A stretch of 64,000 nt of DNA, taken from IMG/VR virus record IMGVR_UViG_3300047476_000521, positions 1 to 64,000 of that record. One strand, given 5' to 3'. Positions 54,958 to 64,000 of the stretch are shown one piece after another. A program made the translations under genes and the position numbers. The notes beneath the pieces were generated by a model. That model was not told where the DNA came from. It made no database searches and saw only the letters and a list, made by a program, of their open reading frames with translations. This DNA comes from a virus. Position 1 is the first letter of the stretch; the number at the start of each line of letters is the position of its first letter.

Positions 54958-57900
54958 ATGACAGTTTTAATTGCAAATACAGCAAATAACAATACTTTCG
55001 ATTATTGGCGCAATAGAACCAACGAACTAGCATATGCTATGTCAGTGTATGCTGTCACAGCAAACGGTTCTAATGCAGCTGTTGGTAATGCTGCAATTAC
55101 TGGAATGTTTAGTGCGAATTCTTTGATCCTTACTCATAATGCGAACGTTGGAACTTATATCTCTGTAGGTAATTTTAGTGCCGCAGAATCCAATTCAGCT
55201 TATGTCAATACAACATTTATGCATGTTGGTAACGTTTCTGTAAATTCTACAGTAAACGCCATTGCTATGAAAACTTTCAACGTTTACGTTGGTTCTAATG
55301 TTGTTGTAAACACCTCTCAACTTTTTATAGGCGAAAGTGTAACTAACACAGTTCACGATAAGTGGCGTATAGTATTTCATGGTAACAGCACTGTCAATAC
55401 TGTCGCCAATTCTACCACAGTTCAAATCACAAAAGATGCTATTTCTTCTGTTCTTACCTTTGATACTTTGTGGGTAGGTAACAGCGTTATTAATGCTACA
55501 ATGGTAACGACAGCTAACGTAGAACCTACTGGTTTTACAGCTAATACTACTACATTCATGCTTGGACCTAATGTATATGCCAATAACACTACATTGGTTT
55601 TGGGTTATACATCGACTTCAAACGTTCTTTCTAACTCAACTTTTATTGATGTTAGAAGTCCAACTGGTAACGTAAAGATTAACTCTACTTTGATTAGCCT
55701 AGCTAATTCTTCTAGCGTAGCTAACCTTGCATCTGATTATTTACGTATTGGTAATTCTTACGTAAATAGTACTATTATTACTACTGGTAACGTAACAGTA
55801 AACACAACTGCTATTGTTGTTGGTAATTTAAATTCTCCTGTTGTTGCTATAACAGCAAGAGCGAATAACGTAACAGCTATTGGAGCAGAATCTAATTCTA
55901 ACATTGCTCTTTCCGGTAGATCAAACAGTTCTACTGGCGTTTATGGTATTTCTGTCAGTGGTTATGGTGTTTCTGGTATATCTAATTCTTCTATCGCTGT
56001 CTATGGTGTATCTAATACCAATTGGGCTGGTTATTTTGTTTCTAATACCGGTAATCCGTTTTACGTAGGTAATGCCACAATAGAATTCGCAAGAATTACA
56101 TCTGGTGGTCGTTTAGGTATAGGTAACAGCAACCCAACTCACGACCTTTCTGTTAACGGAACTATATTTGCTCTTACTTCCGTAGCAGTTTCGGGTAACT
56201 TCTTAACAAATACCAGCGGAATTTACCATACTGGTACAGCTAATGTAAACACTCTTACTTCTGGTTCTAATAGCGGAACAGCCACTGCCATAACAGGTTA
56301 CTCTGGTTCTTTGTATGGTGTTTATGGTATATCAAATACTTCTTTTGGTGTATATGGTTTTTCAAATTCTTCTTATGGCGTTTATGGCGTATCAAATACT
56401 TCTACAGGCGTTGATGGTAGATCTACCAGCGGCTACGGCGGTTCGTTTATTTCGACCAGCGGTTTGCCTCTATACGCAGGTAATAACACTACAGAATTTT
56501 TCAGAGTAACACCAACAGGTAATGTCGGCGTTGGATCAGGTTCTTCTTCAGATTCTAAATTCAGAGTTTACGATGCTACAACTAATACTGGCATTAGAAT
56601 AACATTCAACGGTACTAGCGTTCATTATTATGACGCTAATACTCATTATTTTAGAGACACCGCTGGTAATATAAGAGTTACTTCTAATACTACTGGTGTT
56701 GGTATTGGTAATACAACATATACAGATATGTTGGCTGTTGGTGGTTCAGTTTATTTCGGAACAACTCTTCAAGTTGTTACTAGTGTAAATTCTGCTGCTC
56801 ATACAGTTGGAACAGCGTCAATTGTAAACGCTACAGGTTTCTGGACAACAGGAACAACTAACGCTGCTGTACTATCTGTAGGTTCTGCGGTAATAGGTAA
56901 CACTAGCGGTCTATTCGTTGCTAACTCTCTAAACACTAACAACGTTAATGTTGGAGCAGGAACTTCTAATTCAGTAGTAAACTCGACCGCTCTTATCGTA
57001 AGAAACGTTTCTACTTCTACAATTGTTAATACTAGTATTATCCAAAGCACTGGTAACATTAATGTTTCTGGAGCAGCAATTCAGCTTGGTACAGCTGGTG
57101 GATATGCTAATATTGCTGGTAATATGTATGTAAGAGATTCTCTATACGTTACAACAAGCGTAAATTCCGCTAGTTATACTGTAGGAACTGCGACTATCGT
57201 AAATACTGCTGGTTTCTGGACTACAGGAACAACTAACGCTGCTGTTCTATCAGTAGGATCTGCAGTAATAGGTAACACTAGCGGTCTATTTGTTTCTAAT
57301 TCAGTCAATACCAATACTGTAAACCTTGGCGCAGGATCTTCTAACTCAGTAGTAAATTCTACTGCTTTGATTGTTAGAAATTCTTCTACATCAACTATAG
57401 TCAATACAAGTATTATACAGAGTAGCGGTAACGTTAATATTTCTGGAGCCGCTGTCCAACTTGGCGTAGCTGGAGGTTATGCCAACGTCGCTGGCGATAT
57501 GTTCGTCAGAGGAAATCTACAAGTAAGCGGTAATTTAACATACACTGGCGTTGCTACTGGCGATATTAATCCATTCGGTAATAATTTCAACCTAGGTAAT
57601 TTAACTAATCGTTGGGGATTATTCGCTGGAGCCATTGTTGCTTCTGCAAATATTACAACATCTCATAGCTTGTTGGTAAATAATCAGATTGTTCTTGGTA
57701 ATACATCAACAACATCATATATTACGATTGTTCCTCCGAACAATACAGAGAGAACTCAGGGTAACACTTTCCTAAGCGCCAACGGTTCTTGGGGAGCCCT
57801 ACCAACATTACCAATTTCAAATAGCTCTGTTACTACTACCGGAACTAGTGCACAAGTTATCGATAGCGTTCTACTTTCAACAAATGATGCATACGAGTGG

Positions 57901-58122
57901 TTAATTAATGTAATCGATAATGTGACAACAGGAAGAAGACACGCTACGAAAATTATCGCTACATGTAATTCTTCCGCCATGGTTGGTACTGAATACGCAA
58001 CAATATTTAATGTTGCCTCTCTTGGAACGTTTACAGTTACTTCAAACGCTACTCATGGTATTGTCCAATATACTCCAGTGCCATCTTCTACTACAGTAGC
58101 ATTTACTAGGATTAACGCATAA
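54958..58122 (+). CDS. tail fibre-like protein
   Basis: NTFDYWR..TN start; Asn/Ser/Thr/Gly-rich; GVYG.S repeats; GIG...P...L.V.G. Confidence 0.75.
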   Translation: MTVLIANTANNNTFDYWRNRTNELAYAMSVYAVTANGSNAAVGNAAITGMFSANSLILTHNANVGTYISVGNFSAAESNSAYVNTTFMHVGNVSVNSTVNAIAMKTFNVYVGSNVVVNTSQLFIGESVTNTVHDKWRIVFHGNSTVNTVANSTTVQITKDAISSVLTFDTLWVGNSVINATMVTTANVEPTGFTANTTTFMLGPNVYANNTTLVLGYTSTSNVLSNSTFIDVRSPTGNVKINSTLISLANSSSVANLASDYLRIGNSYVNSTIITTGNVTVNTTAIVVGNLNSPVVAITARANNVTAIGAESNSNIALSGRSNSSTGVYGISVSGYGVSGISNSSIAVYGVSNTNWAGYFVSNTGNPFYVGNATIEFARITSGGRLGIGNSNPTHDLSVNGTIFALTSVAVSGNFLTNTSGIYHTGTANVNTLTSGSNSGTATAITGYSGSLYGVYGISNTSFGVYGFSNSSYGVYGVSNTSTGVDGRSTSGYGGSFISTSGLPLYAGNNTTEFFRVTPTGNVGVGSGSSSDSKFRVYDATTNTGIRITFNGTSVHYYDANTHYFRDTAGNIRVTSNTTGVGIGNTTYTDMLAVGGSVYFGTTLQVVTSVNSAAHTVGTASIVNATGFWTTGTTNAAVLSVGSAVIGNTSGLFVANSLNTNNVNVGAGTSNSVVNSTALIVRNVSTSTIVNTSIIQSTGNINVSGAAIQLGTAGGYANIAGNMYVRDSLYVTTSVNSASYTVGTATIVNTAGFWTTGTTNAAVLSVGSAVIGNTSGLFVSNSVNTNTVNLGAGSSNSVVNSTALIVRNSSTSTIVNTSIIQSSGNVNISGAAVQLGVAGGYANVAGDMFVRGNLQVSGNLTYTGVATGDINPFGNNFNLGNLTNRWGLFAGAIVASANITTSHSLLVNNQIVLGNTSTTSYITIVPPNNTERTQGNTFLSANGSWGALPTLPISNSSVTTTGTSAQVIDSVLLSTNDAYEWLINVIDNVTTGRRHATKIIATCNSSAMVGTEYATIFNVASLGTFTVTSNATHGIVQYTPVPSSTTVAFTRINA
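56772..57521 (+). repeat. 375-bp (125-aa) internal tandem duplication in a fibre gene
   Basis: GGTTTCTGGAC at 56836 and 57211; near-identical peptide repeats; ends approximate. Confidence 0.85.
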
Positions 58123-58454
58123 TGGCAACAAAGGCTAACCTAGTCATAGATCAAGGTACAACTTTTAGTGTTGATCTAGATCTAACAGACGATAACGGCG
58201 ATGCACTTGGATTGGATGGATTTACCGCTAACGCTCAACTTAGAAAGTGGTATACTTCTTCTAATTCTACAGCTTTCGCGACATCTATAAACACTTCTTC
58301 TGGCCAGATATCTTTGTCTCTTACAGCTAATCAGACTGGGTTATTAACAGCTGGTAGATACGTTTATGACGTAGAATTAACACAATCTTCCACTAACGCT
58401 ATCTCTAGAGTTGTTGAAGGTATAGTAACTGTGACACCACAAGTAACGAGATAA
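58122..58454 (+). CDS. virion structural/adaptor protein
   Basis: NLVIDQG.TF, AQLRK, GRYVYDVE, RVVEGIVTVTP.VT. Confidence 0.75.
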   Translation: MATKANLVIDQGTTFSVDLDLTDDNGDALGLDGFTANAQLRKWYTSSNSTAFATSINTSSGQISLSLTANQTGLLTAGRYVYDVELTQSSTNAISRVVEGIVTVTPQVTR

Positions 58455-58457
58455 TAG

Positions 58458-58727
58458 ATGGTAAACGTCGTTGTATCGAGAAAAAGAAACGTAAGAATTT
58501 CAACAAACGCCACAGCTGGCGTTATCGACACAACCACGCCAGTGACGCTTAAAAATATTCCAACTATTGCATCTGGCGTTGATACCATCGACGAATTGAG
58601 AGACGTAGGAGTTTCTCAAAGATCCGAAGGTTCTACATTAGTTTATGATGTTACGACCGACACATATCAAGTGAAACAATTGACTTTTGGTTTTATTGAC
58701 GGCGATTTGGATGGTGGAGTTTTTTAA
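58458..58727 (+). CDS. small virion protein
   Basis: L.DV...G.TLVYD, C-terminal LDGG.F. Confidence 0.7.
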   Translation: MVNVVVSRKRNVRISTNATAGVIDTTTPVTLKNIPTIASGVDTIDELRDVGVSQRSEGSTLVYDVTTDTYQVKQLTFGFIDGDLDGGVF

Positions 58728-58766
58728 TCAATAAATATATAAAAATTTCAAGGGAGCCCTGTTTAA

Positions 58767-60419
58767 ATGGCCAATAATAGAATTCAAATCAAAAGATCGG
58801 TAGCTAATGCTACGGTGTCAGGTCTATCTAACGGCGAATTGGCCTTTACTCAAGCCAGTAACACGTTACACATAGGACTTCCCGACGGCACTGGCGTACT
58901 AAGAATTGGTGGCGCTCAGTATCCAGGCGTATTAACTAATAATCAGGCTCTCGTTGCAAACGCAACAGGCGGTATAGATAAAGTTATCGTCGCAAATGCT
59001 GTTGTAACATCTCTAGTCGCTAATGGCTCTGCTGGTTCAAACGGTCAGGTTCTTGTTACAAACGGTTCTGCTGTTTACTGGGGTACTGGTACTTCTGGCG
59101 CTAATACTTATGTTCAGTTTAACGACTCCGGAGTTGCTAATGGCGTCTCTGGGTTTACCTTTGATAAAGTTACCAACACTCTTTATACTGCCAATAATGT
59201 TTGGACAAGTTTTGTCAACGCATCAGCAATAACTATTGGTAGCTCTCTTGTTACGAACTCTACAGGCCTTTATCACACTGGAACAGTCAACGCAGCAGTT
59301 CTTTCTACCGCAGGAAATCTAGCTAATACTTCTGGTGTTTATCCTGTATCTAACACTGTAGGTTCTGAGTTAGGTCGCGACGACGAACGTTGGATCGTAA
59401 AAGCCAACACAATACACGCTTCAGGATTGATTAATGGTAACAGCGGCCTTATTATAGAAGGCACTACAAATACCTCTGTTGCATTTAACATTCCAACTTC
59501 TTTTGTTGCTAACAGTTCTGGCCTTTATCACACTGGAACAGTCAATTCTACATCTTTCAATGTAGGTAACACTACTACTGGTGTTGGAGGCGTTTACGCT
59601 AATTCTACTACTGTGGTGGTAGGAAACTCTTCAGTAAACACTCAGATTACACAGGGCGTTATCAAAGTTAACGATAACGACGTAGTTGCTAATTCTTCTG
59701 GAGTGTTTGTTGAAAATACTGTTAACGCTCTATCTTACTCTATTGGCACTGCCTATACTGTAAACAGCACATCTCTAGTTTATACTGGCGAGTCAGTTAA
59801 TGCGACTTCAGCAACCCTAAACGTAAGAGATGCAAACATCACTGGAAACCTTTTCGTTTCTGGTGCTGTTGTTACAGTTAACGTTTCAACTATTCAAGTT
59901 AACGACAATATTATCGAGCTTGCGTATAATAATAACCAGACTGACTTAGTTGATACTGGCTGGTATTCTCCAGCAGGTAATAATACCAATGTTTGGTATT
60001 CTGGTCTTGTTCGTGTTGCTGGTGGTTCTTCTGCTGGCAATCCTTACTTTAAGCTTTTCTCAACATCAGTTAACCCAAATACATCTACAACAGTAGATAT
60101 TAATGCTGCTACTGGAACTCTTCAAGCATATCTAGCTCCATACGGTATTAATGGCGCTCTAGTTGCTAATAGCTCTAACGTTCAAATCACAGCTAACAGC
60201 ACCCTTGGTGTTAACTTTGTTGCCAACAGCCTAACTTTATCTACCGCTCTAGCTGGAACAGAAGGTGGTACTGGTTATAAGACTTCAGAGAATCAGTCTA
60301 TCCTTGTGGGTAATGCAACAAATGGATATAACAAATTATCATTAGGTTCTGAAGGATACGTTCTACAGTCTAATGGATCTGCTCTACTTTACGACTACCT
60401 TGATGGTGGTAGTTTCTAA
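58767..60419 (+). CDS. tail fibre-like protein
   Basis: IQIKRS...L..GELAF N-terminus; V.DNIIEL; C-terminal LDGGSF. Confidence 0.75.
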   Translation: MANNRIQIKRSVANATVSGLSNGELAFTQASNTLHIGLPDGTGVLRIGGAQYPGVLTNNQALVANATGGIDKVIVANAVVTSLVANGSAGSNGQVLVTNGSAVYWGTGTSGANTYVQFNDSGVANGVSGFTFDKVTNTLYTANNVWTSFVNASAITIGSSLVTNSTGLYHTGTVNAAVLSTAGNLANTSGVYPVSNTVGSELGRDDERWIVKANTIHASGLINGNSGLIIEGTTNTSVAFNIPTSFVANSSGLYHTGTVNSTSFNVGNTTTGVGGVYANSTTVVVGNSSVNTQITQGVIKVNDNDVVANSSGVFVENTVNALSYSIGTAYTVNSTSLVYTGESVNATSATLNVRDANITGNLFVSGAVVTVNVSTIQVNDNIIELAYNNNQTDLVDTGWYSPAGNNTNVWYSGLVRVAGGSSAGNPYFKLFSTSVNPNTSTTVDINAATGTLQAYLAPYGINGALVANSSNVQITANSTLGVNFVANSLTLSTALAGTEGGTGYKTSENQSILVGNATNGYNKLSLGSEGYVLQSNGSALLYDYLDGGSF

Positions 60420-60437
60420 TACTTTTAGGAGTTAAAA

Positions 60438-60764
60438 ATGGCTATTGTATATGATTGGGTAATTTCACAATTAGAATGTTATACTGTAAAGGATAAACTT
60501 CCGGAAGTAGTATTCAACGTTCATTGGAGATATACTGCAAAAGACGGCGAATATTATGCCGATGTTTATGGTTCACAAGCTTTAAACGCTGACGATATTA
60601 CAGATTTTATTCCTTATGAAGAACTAACTAAGGAACAAGTAGTATTATGGTTAGAAGAAGCTATTGGAGAAGATAAAATAGCTTCGTTCCAATCTAGTCT
60701 ACAAGCTTCTATTGATTCGTTAAAGAATCCTCCAGTAGTAACTCCTCCTTTACCTTGGAATTAA
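60438..60764 (+). CDS. fibre-associated small protein (possible assembly chaperone)
   Basis: W.ISQLE, VHW, FIPYEELT.EQV..W, C-terminal LPW. Confidence 0.7.
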   Translation: MAIVYDWVISQLECYTVKDKLPEVVFNVHWRYTAKDGEYYADVYGSQALNADDITDFIPYEELTKEQVVLWLEEAIGEDKIASFQSSLQASIDSLKNPPVVTPPLPWN

Positions 60765-60800
60765 TACTTCAACGTCACATATGAATTATACTGGAGATTT

Positions 60801-61349
60801 ATGATGGAGTCAAGCGAAAAAGTAACTGATAGAGAAAATTATTTAACAGCATATATCCAGAAACACGAAACATTGCTTCTGGAATATGTTAGAAAAAACG
60901 TAGATTTTGAAATTAAATTATTAGCTTATATGAGTTCTCTACAAGAGGCTAATAGGCGTATAGAAGAACTATCTTTACATTTAAATCAACAGACTGAGTT
61001 AGCCAGTCAAGCAACTCTTGGTGTTGAAAAACTTTCTATAGAAAAAAATCAACTGTTAGAAAAACAATCTTTTTATGAGTCTGAAATAAAAGACTTAGAG
61101 TCATCATTGTTGTCTAAAACAAAAGAGTTGGCTGCAGCCCTCGATGAATTGTCAGAGATTAAACAAAATAATAAAAATTCTTCTAAGCAAGTCGAAGAAA
61201 TTCGCAGGGAATTACAAAAACAAAACGAAGAACTAAATACTTTATATAGAGAAAACGAAGAGTTGAAAGGTAATTCAACTCAACCAAAAAAAGAAAATAA
61301 TGTAAAAAAGAAACCAGCCCAGGCAATATTGCCTCCGGACGAATTTTAA
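60801..61349 (+). CDS. coiled-coil hypothetical protein
   Basis: heptad-rich ORF. Confidence 0.7.
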   Translation: MMESSEKVTDRENYLTAYIQKHETLLLEYVRKNVDFEIKLLAYMSSLQEANRRIEELSLHLNQQTELASQATLGVEKLSIEKNQLLEKQSFYESEIKDLESSLLSKTKELAAALDELSEIKQNNKNSSKQVEEIRRELQKQNEELNTLYRENEELKGNSTQPKKENNVKKKPAQAILPPDEF

Positions 61350-61387
61350 TTTAACTCAGTATATACTGAGGTATTAGGGAGCCTAGA

Positions 61388-64000
61388 ATGGCTAATACGG
61401 TTTTTAAACTTCGCCGCTCTTCTGTAGCAGGCAAAGTTCCAAATACATCCACGCTTTCTATTGGTGAATTAGCCATAAATTTGACTGATAAGATTCTTTA
61501 TTCGTCAGATGGATCTAATGTATTTGAAATAGGTTCGAACCTTTCAAATATAAGCGTTTCTTCTAATGCCTCTATCAACAATTTAATAGTTGATTCTGTT
61601 TATGCCAATGGTTCATTAGGCGTAAGCGGTCAAGTTCTTTCCTCTAATGGTTCACAAGTTTTCTGGGCGACAGCAGGAACAGGAACAGTAAATGAAATAA
61701 ACACGGCAAATGGCCTAGTAGGCGGACCAATCACCACAAACGGAACAATATATGTTCTTGCTAATAACGGTATTGTTTCTAATACATCAGGTTTGTTTGT
61801 AAATGCTTCGTATATTGCTACATTAAATGCAAATAACGCAACAACTGTTGGTGGTAATACTTCTTCAGATTTAAGATCTTATTCTGAATCAACAGCATCT
61901 AATGCTTATTCTAATGCTGTATCGTATGTTGATGGTAAAATTGCTACTGCTAATGCAGCTATTACTAGTAATGCAGCTACTGCTTATTCTAATGCTGTAT
62001 CGTATGTTGATGGTAAAATTGCTACTGCTAATGCAGCTATTACTAGTAATGCAGCTACTGCTTATTCTAATGCTATAGCTTTTGCTTCAAACGCCTCTAA
62101 TATTAATACAGGAACTTTAGCAGAAGCCAGACTTCCATATCGTATGGATCAAAACGTTCGTACTAACGATACAGTTACGTTCGGTAATATTACAGTTTCT
62201 GGTAATCTAACAGTTAATGGCACTACTATTACCTTACAAGGTAATACTGTTAGCTTTACTGATAATATGTTATATTTGAATCAAGGAATATCAGCGAATA
62301 TCACTAATATCTCCGGTAATGGAACTTATGTAACATTTACTGCTAACAATAATTATTCTACTGGTTGGGACGTAACAATAACTGGGGTTAACCCTTCTTC
62401 GTATAATGGTAATTATAATAACATTTTCTTGGCTAATGCAACGCATTTCGTAGTAGCTAACACTAATACTGCTTCTTATGTTTCTGGCGGTGTTGCTAGA
62501 GGCAAAACAGATTCGAATCCAGATTTAGGTTTTGCTGCTGGTTATAATGATGGAACATATCAGCACGCCGGATTCTTTAGAGATGCATCTGATGGTATCT
62601 GGAAAGTTTTTGATGGGTATTTACCAGAACCAGATCAAAGCGTATTCATCGATACTACAAATACAAGTTTTAAGGTAGCAAATTTCCAGGCAAATACATA
62701 CTTTGCTGGTAATACAAGCACTAACTGGTTTGTTGCTAATGGTTCAGGAGCGTATCATACAGGAACAGTTAACGCTGCTAGTCATACAGTAGGAACTTCA
62801 TTTACTGCTAATTCCACTATGACTAATACTGTTTCTTTGGTAGTTTCTACTAATACAGCTACTATCGGAACTGGAACATATTTTGTTGCCAATGGTAATG
62901 TTGGTATTGGAACTTCAACACCAGGGTATAAGTTAGAGGTAAACGGCGAAACAAGAATATTGAACAATCGTTTCGCAAGCGGTTCAATTGAGGTCAATGG
63001 ATTAGGGACCGGAAATCGTTACGCTCTTATTGATTTTATAGGTGACGATACTTACACCGATTATGGTTTAAGAATCATTAGAGACAATGTTGGAGCAAAT
63101 AGCGGTTCTGAAATTAGCCATCGTGGTACAGGGCAGTTAGGATTAAAGACAATAGAAGCTGCTCCCATAACATTTTATACAAATAACGCCGAACGTATGC
63201 GAATCGCATCTGATGGAACTATATCTGTTGGAACTACAACAACAGGTTCAGTTTCTATGTTGTTTGGCGGTAATGCTCCTGCTGTCGCTGCGGCTAGAAC
63301 TTTACAAGCGGCGCAATTAATTTCGTCATCAACGACGACAAATTTTATTAATATTGCTTCTTATCCTTCTGTTGCAAACGCAGTATTTACTCTACCTAAT
63401 TTGTATCATTTTCTTGCAGGACAAGCAACATACGGTGCGTCTGCAACTATAACAAGTCAGTCTGGGTTTTATGTTGCATCATCTCTTACTGGAGCAACTA
63501 ATAACTACGGATTTCGTAGTGATATTCCTAGTGGAACTGGTCGTTGGAATGTTTACTCTGGCGGCACTGCTGATAACTTTTTTGCAGGTAATGTTGGTAT
63601 AGGAACTAATTCACCAAGCAATTTATTAGATGTTGCCGGTATGATTCGTATGAATTCGGCCACACAATTTAACGGTCTTACGATGCAGAATGGTACTTAT
63701 GAGTTTGCTAAACTCTATGGTCAGTCTGCTACAAACGACAATGGTGTTTTATCTTTAAACTTAGCGGGAACACCAAATGTTATACTAAGAGCTTCAGGAA
63801 TAAATTACATTAATGGTGGTAATGTTGGTATTGGCGTTAGCTCTCCATCTCAAAAACTTGATGTAGCTGGAATAATTACCAATCGTGGCGCTGCTTCTGT
63901 TGGTTGGGTTAATATATCCCAAGGAGATACTAGAACTGGTTTTACTGATTATATGTATGCAAATTCACAAAGCGTTGGATTTGTTGGATATGGCGACAGT
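61388..64000 (+). CDS. long tail fibre protein, truncated by the window end
   Basis: GGGAG SD; MANTVFKLRRSSVAGKVP...L.IGELAIN..D; appears open to the window end; GNVGIGT..P...L.V.G repeats; not in the ORF track. Confidence 0.8.
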   Translation, partial: MANTVFKLRRSSVAGKVPNTSTLSIGELAINLTDKILYSSDGSNVFEIGSNLSNISVSSNASINNLIVDSVYANGSLGVSGQVLSSNGSQVFWATAGTGTVNEINTANGLVGGPITTNGTIYVLANNGIVSNTSGLFVNASYIATLNANNATTVGGNTSSDLRSYSESTASNAYSNAVSYVDGKIATANAAITSNAATAYSNAVSYVDGKIATANAAITSNAATAYSNAIAFASNASNINTGTLAEARLPYRMDQNVRTNDTVTFGNITVSGNLTVNGTTITLQGNTVSFTDNMLYLNQGISANITNISGNGTYVTFTANNNYSTGWDVTITGVNPSSYNGNYNNIFLANATHFVVANTNTASYVSGGVARGKTDSNPDLGFAAGYNDGTYQHAGFFRDASDGIWKVFDGYLPEPDQSVFIDTTNTSFKVANFQANTYFAGNTSTNWFVANGSGAYHTGTVNAASHTVGTSFTANSTMTNTVSLVVSTNTATIGTGTYFVANGNVGIGTSTPGYKLEVNGETRILNNRFASGSIEVNGLGTGNRYALIDFIGDDTYTDYGLRIIRDNVGANSGSEISHRGTGQLGLKTIEAAPITFYTNNAERMRIASDGTISVGTTTTGSVSMLFGGNAPAVAAARTLQAAQLISSSTTTNFINIASYPSVANAVFTLPNLYHFLAGQATYGASATITSQSGFYVASSLTGATNNYGFRSDIPSGTGRWNVYSGGTADNFFAGNVGIGTNSPSNLLDVAGMIRMNSATQFNGLTMQNGTYEFAKLYGQSATNDNGVLSLNLAGTPNVILRASGINYINGGNVGIGVSSPSQKLDVAGIITNRGAASVGWVNISQGDTRTGFTDYMYANSQSVGFVGYGDS
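61903..62074 (+). repeat. exact 78-bp tandem repeat (about 2.2 copies)
   Basis: TGCTTATTCTAATGCT at 61903, 61981, 62059; encodes AYSNAVSYVDGKIATANAAITSNAAT. Confidence 0.9.

Noticed and set aside
1-64000. Genome-wide TAG reassignment suggested by the tRNA(CUA)
   Set aside because: Core genes are full length in the standard code, and gp2 and gp51 end in TAG at the expected positions.
54958-64000. Diversity-generating retroelement or invertible fibre cassette
   Set aside because: No reverse transcriptase or invertase is in the window, and the repeats are in-frame tandem duplications without adenine-specific variation.

Overview
This window is part of a large T4-like myovirus genome in the standard genetic code. 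The host is probably an alphaproteobacterium, inferred from a permuted two-piece tmRNA with an ANDNF...AA tag. Positions 1-27 kb are accessory/early DNA: DNA ligase, a P-loop ATPase, a PNKP-type HAD phosphatase, DUF932 and DUF262-HNH proteins, many small ORFs behind repeated sigma70-like promoters, three free-standing endonucleases, two tRNAs and the tmRNA. Positions 27.6-30 kb hold gp33, gp59 and gp32. Positions 30-64 kb hold the baseplate and tail module (gp51/26, 54-like, 2, 4, 48, 53, split gp5, PAAR, 25, 6, 7, 8, VrlC-like proteins and fibres). Main leads: (1) an amber-suppressor tRNA(CUA) directly upstream of a leader ORF MFKNFFR-TAG-VSRSPP that is in frame with the next gene; (2) three endonucleases from two nuclease families that share a covarying structured 5' leader, a C-terminal Zn finger and a common 3' boundary, suggesting one mobile cassette type; (3) a translation-control set (tmRNA, ArfA-like and RMF-like peptides); (4) 12-bp TGACC arrays, mostly at convergent gene junctions; (5) a predicted -1 frameshift joining gp26 to gp51; (6) dense N-X-S/T sequons in virion proteins. 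All product calls come from motif recognition by eye, not from database searches.
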